NCBI GenBank assembly: GCA_019240835.1
Contig: JAFAXQ010000246.1
Location: 1-61,070 of the forward strand
Direction: 5' to 3'
Length of the DNA stretch: 61,070 nt
Origin: Ktedonobacteraceae bacterium
GTDB lineage: Bacteria > Chloroflexota > Ktedonobacteria > Ktedonobacterales > Ktedonobacteraceae
How positions within the stretch are numbered: position 1 is the first letter of the stretch; every line of letters starts with the position of its first letter. A program made the translations under genes and the position numbers. Shown one piece after another: positions 47,470 through 54,659 of the stretch. Under the pieces are notes generated by a model. The model was not told the DNA's origin. It was given only the letters and a program-made list of their open reading frames with translations, and ran no database searches.

Positions 47470-49062
47470 TCAGGCTCCGTTCGCGGGCGGAATGCTTTGT
47501 GCGAAATGGAAAAAATTGTTGGGGTCATAGACAGCCTTGACATGCTGCAGCCGTGGCAGATTAGTGCCATAATACGCGTGCTGCCAGTCGGCCAGATCTG
47601 GATCAATGTAGTTCTGGTATGCCTGCCCGCTGGCGTACGGGCGCATTGACTGCCACGTCTCGGTCAGCCAGGAGCGATTCGCTGCGGCGATGGAAGCAGG
47701 GTCGCTCGCGTTCCAGCCTGCCGTGTACTGGGTGGAGAACAGCGCGTTGCGGTGTACAAAAGCTGTCGCGTCGGCGGCCACGCGGTTGATCGCGCCGCCA
47801 TTCGCATCGAGCAAGATGCCGCCCGCACCTAGCGTGGAGGCTTGGCGGCGAGTGATCGCGCTCACCAAGGCGTCGATACCCTGGCGCGGCAGAGCGTGGG
47901 TGAAGTAGTCGGACTTGGCAGCGGAGGTATCTCGCTGCAACTGGCCTTGTGGATTCTGGCTGGGCAAGTGGCATTGAGCCACGGTCTTACCAGAACAGCC
48001 TGCCTCGGTCAGCATAGTATCAAGCAGGTTGTTAGCCCCTACGAAGCGGCTTGTGGGTGCTGTGCTGATGCGGCTGGTCAGCCGTTGCAGTAGCGGGTTC
48101 AGGGCTGCAACAGTGCCTACATAGACGCCGTTCAGGCGCACGATTGGAGCGGAGCGCTTGTCGTTGGTGGCCAAGAGTAGGCAGTTGGACCACAGCTCAT
48201 CAGGCATCACAGGTGCCCAGCCCTGCCAGGCATCGACCACAGCAGCAGCGCTACTCCACGGCCAGTCCAGCGTGAACAGTGACAACGTGGAGACCGGGTG
48301 TGCTCGGAATGTGAACGAAGTGACCACGCCGAAGTTGCCACCGCCACCGCCACGCAGTGCCCAGAATAGGTCAGAATGGTGGCTCGCGTCGCAAGTGAGC
48401 ACGCGGCCATCGGCTAGGACAACCTGTGCCGCGAGCAGATTGTCACAGGTCAGGCCGAACTTGCGACCCAGCACACCAACTCCACCCCCAAGGGTTAGGC
48501 CAGCGATGCCCACTGTCGGGCAGGAGCCAGCGGGCAGTGTCAGCCCCTGCTGCGCAAGCGTCGCGTAAACGTCGATCAGTCGTGCCCCCGCTCCCACCGT
48601 AGCGGTGACAGTGCTCCTATTCACTGTCACCGCACTCATACGGGTCACATCTAGCACCAAGCCAGTAGTCGTCGAATAGCCAGCGTAGGAGTGGCCACCG
48701 CCGCGAGGTGCCAGGGGCAAAGTGAAGCGTTGCGCGAAGGCGAGGCACTTCTGGACATCCGCAGGCGAGGCGCAGTAGGCAATTGCGGCTGGCAGAATAC
48801 CGTCAAAGCGCGTGCTAAAGAGTTGGTGTGCAGTCGGGTACTGTGGACTATTCGGTCGGACTAGCGTCCCCCGCAGGCTTCTGGCGAGCGCCGCCCAGTC
48901 GGCGTCGCTGGGTGATGGTCCCTTGGAAGGGCTTGACGTCGCACTGGCGGAACTTGACTGCCCATTCTGGCAGGCGGACAGCAGCCCTGGCAACGCTGTT
49001 AGGGCGCAGAGTGCTAGAAACTCACGGCGTTTTATCTGTTGTGGTGGAATAGTGTCTGTCAT
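47470..49062 (-). CDS. Secreted (Tat signal plus lipobox) FAD-linked oxidase with BBE domain
   Basis: KRREFLAL twin-arginine motif and LLSAC lipobox. GGGHSYAG and GSCPTVGIAGLTLGGG are bicovalent-FAD-type His/Cys contexts. C-terminal YQNYID...YDPNNFF BBE motif. Confidence 0.8.
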   Translation of the reverse strand: MTDTIPPQQIKRREFLALCALTALPGLLSACQNGQSSSASATSSPSKGPSPSDADWAALARSLRGTLVRPNSPQYPTAHQLFSTRFDGILPAAIAYCASPADVQKCLAFAQRFTLPLAPRGGGHSYAGYSTTTGLVLDVTRMSAVTVNRSTVTATVGAGARLIDVYATLAQQGLTLPAGSCPTVGIAGLTLGGGVGVLGRKFGLTCDNLLAAQVVLADGRVLTCDASHHSDLFWALRGGGGGNFGVVTSFTFRAHPVSTLSLFTLDWPWSSAAAVVDAWQGWAPVMPDELWSNCLLLATNDKRSAPIVRLNGVYVGTVAALNPLLQRLTSRISTAPTSRFVGANNLLDTMLTEAGCSGKTVAQCHLPSQNPQGQLQRDTSAAKSDYFTHALPRQGIDALVSAITRRQASTLGAGGILLDANGGAINRVAADATAFVHRNALFSTQYTAGWNASDPASIAAANRSWLTETWQSMRPYASGQAYQNYIDPDLADWQHAYYGTNLPRLQHVKAVYDPNNFFHFAQSIPPANGA

Positions 49063-49211
49063 AGGTTGTACGAATTGTATTCTACAACTTTTCTTGTGTT
49101 TGGAGACATCATAGCATGTCGTACTAGTGATAGCAACTCACCATTTACTTTGTCAGAAATAGCTTTTGCTTCAAGTCACCTCACCTAGCATTTGTTGTAT
49201 GATCTCAATCG

Positions 49212-49613
49212 TCATCGCCCAGGTGCTGATCCTGGCTCTCTCAGTGTTCTATGATCGATCCCTGCTAGCTCTACCAAGCTGATGTTATCTGCGGCTTGCC
49301 TAGGGGCGGCTGCGTATGTCTGACTGAGCGTAAGAGGCACATGGGGATCCTCGGTTCCATGAAGAAGCACTTGCCAGACTCCTAGTGGCAGCAGTGCAGC
49401 CGGAGAGGCAAGAGCAGAGCGTGCGGGAACCTCATCGAAACTGCCACCCAGGAATGCGGAGACAACGCCATTGCCCACGTTCGGCCGCCATGCTAGCTCC
49501 AGATCAGGTAGCCCTGCAAGGCTGCATTGCTCTGGCGCTGTTCCATAGGCATGTCGTACGGGAGGAGTTTTTGCTGGGTGAGTCGGCACCCTTTCATTTT
49601 GTCCCGAACCCAT
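49212..49613 (-). pseudogene. Probable remnant (C-terminal part only) of an alpha/beta hydrolase/peptidase
   Basis: Only the LLHGTEDPHVP...GIDH C-terminal catalytic Asp/His region is present. There is no nucleophile region or credible N-terminus. Confidence 0.4.
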
Positions 49614-49663
49614 AGTGTTTCCTCATCTCTATGTGGGGAAACGATTCCTGTACGAAAGCGCCG

Positions 49664-51877
49664 TCACATGTCAACAAACACATCTGCCAGCCTCATGATC
49701 CGCTGCTCGTCAGGCCAAGTTTCACGAGCTTTTCTCCAGACAGTGACCGCTTCCTGCCGCCGCTTCTCGCTTCCCAACGCCTTGGCTCCTGCGACTCCTG
49801 CTAGCAGATAGTGTTCAAATTCCTCCATATTGCCTGCTCCAACCGCCGCTGCCGCCTGGTGGTTGATGATCTCAATACGAAGACGCTCAGGGACGACGAT
49901 GGGTCTAGGAAGCTGGTCAACTTGTGCGAGCTTGCTTGCAGCTTCTTGGTAGCGATCATAGGCACGCGACGGGTTATCGTACCTCTCTTCATGATTCGCT
50001 AGAGCAAGGTTGCTCAGTCCTTCAAACAAAATCACCTGAAAGAGACCATAATCCGTCGAGAGGAATACAGGAATTTCTCTGACTACCTCTGGGAAAATGG
50101 CCCGTGCCTCGCTGATCGAACAAAGTGCTTGCTGGACTTTCCCATTTTGTGCATAGCCGTGAGCCAACTCAGCATATGCCTTGCTCCGCACGAGGAGCGG
50201 TAGAGTATCGTCTCTCTCCTTCACATCACTGTAGAGGAGTGCTTGTTGGCAAGTCTGTAACATTTCCGCTCGTTGTCCATTAGTGTAGAACGCATCTCCG
50301 AGATGAGTAAGAGCTGTGACGAGCAGGGTTTGATCTCCTGCTACATGAGCATACTCCACTGCTTGTTTACAGCAAGCCACTCGTTCAAAGAAACGAAGTC
50401 GATGCAGAGCCACTAAACCCAATAGCAAGTACCCTTGAGCGGCAAGGTAGGCGCTTTTTTGTTTATAGGTAGGAAGTTGTTGGATCAACGCGGTCAGCAC
50501 GGGTAAATACTTAGGCAGTACATACTCGACAGTAGATAATCCATCTCCCCGGAGTAGGTGCCAGCACGCCGTGATGCTGGCGCTACATTGGGCCAGAAAC
50601 TCTTCCAGGAGCAGGGCGGTGAGAGGTCCCGCTTGCACTTTGGTCAGCAGGGCAGCAGAGACCGTCGCCAGCGTCGTAAGAGCCAGGCGTCGCCCTAGCA
50701 GCACGTCACTGCTCGTCTTGCCAGCCTGATCGCTCATGGTGTTCCATCTCTCTATCTGCTCGTGCAGCAGGGCTTGCACGTGGGAACAAGCGAGCTGCTG
50801 TTCTTGCCAGCCAGCCAGCACTCCCTTCAGCACGTCGACCTGCTCACTGAACCAGCTTGGCCAATCGCACACCTCCACACGTCGTGGCGAGGGGTCGAGC
50901 ACCAGATGGGCAGGCACCAGCACTCCGCTTTCTGCTGGCAACAACGGTTCTTGTCCTATTATACTAGCATGCTCAAGCGCACTATGCTCTCCCCGAACAC
51001 GTCGCCGCGTGATCTGTTTGGCGCGCAAATACTCCGCGATCTCCTGCGTGCGTGCATCAGGATCGCGCCCCTCTTCTTGCAATGCTTCAAGGGCCTGTTG
51101 ATAGCACGCTTCCGCCTCCTGGTAGCGCTCCTGCTCTCCCAGCAGTTCCAGCAACGGGCGCAACGCATCCTCATCAGTGGGATGGGCCTGCCAGTAGGTG
51201 TGCAATCGCAGTTCTGCCAGGGCATGATGCCCGTGCTGGCGGTAGAGAGTAGCCAGCCGATGCACACACTGCCGATGCTGCCCCTCTAGACGCGCACGCC
51301 GTGGCATGGCCCACGGGCTATAGCGTTCCTCGACCAGATACGTGCCCCGTGCGGCTAGCTGAGAGGCGACTTCCCACAGCGACAGCGCCTCCTCGCCAAA
51401 GCGCTCCAGGCGTGCAGCCTGCTCGACATTCCACGTAAATGCATCGGCATCCACCCAGATGTGCGGATAGGCCGCCAATTGGTAGCCGTTGCCATTGGCG
51501 GGGGTGCCTTGCCTGAGCAGCAGGACGTGTGTGCTGCCGGGTGGGCGCAACAGTTTGCGTAGGGCGTAGACCACATTATCCAGGCGTTTGGCAGCCGCTG
51601 TGCTACTGACTTCAGGCCAGAAGTGCTCCATGATCTCATCGCGCAGAGCGAAGCGATGGGGTTGGCTCAGCAGCAGTTTGAGCAGCCAGAGGGCAGCGGT
51701 GGCATCCTTGATAGCCAGGTGCTCTTCGCAGAGAGCGTTAGCGCAGCCGCGTTGCTGGTCAATCCACTCGATGTGCAGTGGCCCAAAGGTGTAGATGCGG
51801 ATGTGCGTGGGGCTGGCACGGTCAGGCTGGGCATGGGGAACTGGGGGGTGTGGCGTGGCGGTGTAGTCTGACTGCAT
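49664..51877 (-). CDS. SARP-family regulator (OmpR-type wHTH plus BTAD plus TPR-like C-terminal region)
   Basis: IRIYTFGPLHIEW..., BTAD helices (ALSLWEVA...RLATLYRQHGHHALAE...YQQALEAL), and a long helical-repeat tail. Start moved to MQSDY (51877) with a GGAAGGAA SD. Confidence 0.75.
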   Translation of the reverse strand: MQSDYTATPHPPVPHAQPDRASPTHIRIYTFGPLHIEWIDQQRGCANALCEEHLAIKDATAALWLLKLLLSQPHRFALRDEIMEHFWPEVSSTAAAKRLDNVVYALRKLLRPPGSTHVLLLRQGTPANGNGYQLAAYPHIWVDADAFTWNVEQAARLERFGEEALSLWEVASQLAARGTYLVEERYSPWAMPRRARLEGQHRQCVHRLATLYRQHGHHALAELRLHTYWQAHPTDEDALRPLLELLGEQERYQEAEACYQQALEALQEEGRDPDARTQEIAEYLRAKQITRRRVRGEHSALEHASIIGQEPLLPAESGVLVPAHLVLDPSPRRVEVCDWPSWFSEQVDVLKGVLAGWQEQQLACSHVQALLHEQIERWNTMSDQAGKTSSDVLLGRRLALTTLATVSAALLTKVQAGPLTALLLEEFLAQCSASITACWHLLRGDGLSTVEYVLPKYLPVLTALIQQLPTYKQKSAYLAAQGYLLLGLVALHRLRFFERVACCKQAVEYAHVAGDQTLLVTALTHLGDAFYTNGQRAEMLQTCQQALLYSDVKERDDTLPLLVRSKAYAELAHGYAQNGKVQQALCSISEARAIFPEVVREIPVFLSTDYGLFQVILFEGLSNLALANHEERYDNPSRAYDRYQEAASKLAQVDQLPRPIVVPERLRIEIINHQAAAAVGAGNMEEFEHYLLAGVAGAKALGSEKRRQEAVTVWRKARETWPDEQRIMRLADVFVDM

Positions 51878-51970
51878 AGCTAGTTCCTTCCGAGCAAGCA
51901 AGGTTACTGACTCTTGCTGACGTGCAGTATAGCACATCTTTGCTGCTTATGCTAGTGGCTCATGAATTTC

Positions 51971-52122
51971 GGGTGCGCGTCACTTTTTTGCATGGCTGGG
52001 GCAGAGCCGCTGCCACTACTAGACAGGTGACGAGGCGGGCGGAGCGTGTATCGTAGTGGCGATCCCTTGCGGTCGCCATGCTCACCCATTCACGCTCACT
52101 GCAAAAATGTGACGCGCATCCC
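51971..52122. repeat. Long-range inverted repeat (about 22 nt arms) enclosing about 107 nt in the SARP/SDR divergent intergenic region
   Basis: GGGTGCGCGTCACTTTTTTGCA (51971-51992) versus TGCAAAAATGTGACGCGCATCCC (52100-52122), complementary with one indel and one mismatch. An inner hairpin TGGCGATC...GGTCGCCA is also present. Confidence 0.8.
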
Positions 52123-52145
52123 TTCTCTCCTTCTCTCCTATTGTA

Positions 52146-52174
52146 TTGTCAACACGTTACACAATTGCTATACT
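52146..52174 (+). promoter_or_regulatory. Candidate promoter of the SDR gene
   Basis: TTGTCA, 17 nt, TATACT. Confidence 0.5.
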
Positions 52175-52228
52175 CTCCTCGGATATGAGATGGAATCAGA
52201 GGAGCAACTATTCAAAAGGAGTATATAC

Positions 52229-53275
52229 GTGAAAGTATTAGTCACAGGGGCGGCAGGCTTTTTGGGCGGTCACCTCGCTGATATGCTAGTAGAACGTGGG
52301 TATGAAGTACGCGCACTGGTGCGGCCCGTGGAGGATGCAAGCTATTTGCGCACATTACGGGGTGTTGAGGTGGTGGTTGGTGATATGACTGACTCTGCAT
52401 CGCTAAAGCAGGCTGTGCAGGGAGTGCAGCATGTATATAATGTCGCTGCCAAAACGGGACCTTGGGGCGTAGAGGATGTGTACCGTGCTGTGAATGTACA
52501 GGGCTTATCTGATCTCATTCATGCGGCGCTGGATGCTGGGGTACAACGCATCGTTCATGCCAGCTCAATCACTGTCTATGGGCATCATCTGCAAGGTATT
52601 GTAACAGAGGCTCATCCCTATCACGCTGAAGACAATCCGTACAGTCGCAGCAAGATTGCCGGTGAGAAGTTAATTGCAGACCTTGTCAGAGATGTTGCTG
52701 CTCCCGTCGTCATCGTGCGACCTGCCTGGATTTATGGGCCACGTGACAATGCCAGCTTTGCTCGCTTTGTAAGCCTAGTCGAAGCCCGTAAGGGCTTCTT
52801 GATAGGCTCGGGCAATAATATCGTACCGCTTGTCTACGTACGCGACGTAGCGCAAGGACTCATCAAGGCAGGTGAGACCGGAGATGAGGTACACGGGCGA
52901 GCATATACCATTGCCAACGACCAGCGTGTGACGCAGGCCGAGTATCTCAATGCGATAGCCGATGCACTGCATGTACCACATATAGCGCTAAAAGTGCCCT
53001 TCTCTGCCCTCTATATGGCTGGTCGGAGCGCTGAACTGCTCTGGCAAGCTTTGGGACGGCGTAAGGCCGCTCCGCCTCCTGTGACCACTTACGGGGTGAC
53101 GCTGCTTGGTAGGGACCAGCAGTTTTCAATTGACCGTGCCCGCCGTGAGCTAGGTTATGCTCCCGAGTTTGACGTGAAGCGTGGTGTGGCGGAGGGAGTA
53201 CGCTGGTATCTTGACATGAAACAAGCTAGCAGCGTGGGAGCGCCTGAGCGTCAGGTGGCTCAGGTCAAACAGTAA
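52229..53275 (+). CDS. NAD-dependent epimerase/dehydratase-family (extended SDR) protein
   Basis: VKVLVTGAAGFLGGHL Rossmann motif and Y-x-x-x-K (YSRSK). GTG at 52229 with an AAGGAG SD 8 nt upstream; the ORF track extends to 52046. Confidence 0.8.
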   Translation: MKVLVTGAAGFLGGHLADMLVERGYEVRALVRPVEDASYLRTLRGVEVVVGDMTDSASLKQAVQGVQHVYNVAAKTGPWGVEDVYRAVNVQGLSDLIHAALDAGVQRIVHASSITVYGHHLQGIVTEAHPYHAEDNPYSRSKIAGEKLIADLVRDVAAPVVIVRPAWIYGPRDNASFARFVSLVEARKGFLIGSGNNIVPLVYVRDVAQGLIKAGETGDEVHGRAYTIANDQRVTQAEYLNAIADALHVPHIALKVPFSALYMAGRSAELLWQALGRRKAAPPPVTTYGVTLLGRDQQFSIDRARRELGYAPEFDVKRGVAEGVRWYLDMKQASSVGAPERQVAQVKQ

Positions 53276-53318
53276 TCGCTCTATTGCATCCTATAGAGCA
53301 GCTTTGCCTCTTCCCCCG

Positions 53319-54659
53319 TCATAGCGAGGGAAGAGGCTTGCGTCTTCGCGCTTCAAACCAGTTGAAGAGGTAGGCAAGCGTTACGAGTACGAAAAAAGCA
53401 TTGCGCACACTTACTGCTTGAATAAAGCCCGGCACGAGTGGAATAAGCAGCAAATCAACCGGACGGGTGTAGAGATACAAAATAAAGGTGGTGAGGAGCG
53501 AGATGCTACCCCATGCGAATAGCCAGAAAGCGTCAAAAGCACCGACATAGGCGAGCAGTGGAATAATCCAGATCAGATATTGTAGGCTAAAGACTTTTCC
53601 TGTAGCTATGAAGACGAGCAAAAGCGCAATGCTGACTTGTGCGATATCAAGGCGGCCTCGCCATTGCATCCACAGCGTATAAGCATACCCTATGATGAAG
53701 AGAAGCCCGCTTAGAAGTGAAACAAAACCAGCTAATTTACTACTAATGTTGAGCGAACCATACGTATAGGTAATCTGCAGCGGAACACCGAAGTGCATTG
53801 CCAGCCAGAGAAAAGTACTGCCAGTGGCTTCAACTTGTATGGGTCGCTGCACAAAATAGTTCAATTGATCGAGAACTGCTCCTTGAAAATTGAGCAGGGC
53901 GAATGCTCCTGTAACTGCTAATAGCATACCTAAAAAGAGCAACAGATTTTTCCAGTACCAGTCAAAGGCACCACGGAAAGTGAGCCAGAGATCGTGCGGA
54001 ATTGATGTTAGGGAAATGCTTGTAGGAGGTGTATAGAAACGTCCTCGCTCCTGCTGCTCTGCGATAAAAAGTGAGGGAAGAAGTAGGATAGGGTACAGCT
54101 TAAAGAGCACTGCGAAGGCGAGGGCTATGTAGGCCCAAGCCCAGCGCCTTTGTTCTGCTGCGATGATAAAGAGCAGTGTCAGCAAGGCTGGAATTAAATC
54201 GAAACGTATCTGTACTGTTGCTAGCGCCCCGATGAAGATGTACAGCACGAATATCAGCGCGGCCCCACGTGGCCCGTAACGTAACAATAGCCAGTAGATC
54301 AGGGCTGATGTAAGCGCCATGAGCAAGACAAATGCCATCTGATAATTGAGTAGGGGTGCCAGCAGTGCTAGCGAGAACAGTAATAGCGTAAGTGGTGGGT
54401 ATTCTAGTGGCAGCATATGGAATGCTGGCTGTGGTTGCGCAATGTGCAAGAATGCACATTGCGCTGGAGGAAGTAGGTGTGTTGCATCGCTGCCGAGCCA
54501 GAAGGTCAATGCGTAACATTGGTAGCGTGCTGGATCGGTTCTTGGTAAAAAGATTTGCCACGCGGAACTGCAGAAGGCAGCGATTGTCAGGAGAGTAATG
54601 GGAATATATGTTACGGTACCACTTCGTGCTAGCAAGGCATTCCACTTATCTCTCAACAA
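53319..54659 (-). CDS. Polytopic membrane protein, GT-C/DUF2029-like (possible glycosyltransferase)
   Basis: At least 10 hydrophobic segments and the length typical of DUF2029/GT87-like proteins, judged by pattern only. The start overlaps the NACHT gene stop by 14 nt. Confidence 0.45.
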   Translation of the reverse strand: MLRDKWNALLARSGTVTYIPITLLTIAAFCSSAWQIFLPRTDPARYQCYALTFWLGSDATHLLPPAQCAFLHIAQPQPAFHMLPLEYPPLTLLLFSLALLAPLLNYQMAFVLLMALTSALIYWLLLRYGPRGAALIFVLYIFIGALATVQIRFDLIPALLTLLFIIAAEQRRWAWAYIALAFAVLFKLYPILLLPSLFIAEQQERGRFYTPPTSISLTSIPHDLWLTFRGAFDWYWKNLLLFLGMLLAVTGAFALLNFQGAVLDQLNYFVQRPIQVEATGSTFLWLAMHFGVPLQITYTYGSLNISSKLAGFVSLLSGLLFIIGYAYTLWMQWRGRLDIAQVSIALLLVFIATGKVFSLQYLIWIIPLLAYVGAFDAFWLFAWGSISLLTTFILYLYTRPVDLLLIPLVPGFIQAVSVRNAFFVLVTLAYLFNWFEARRRKPLPSL

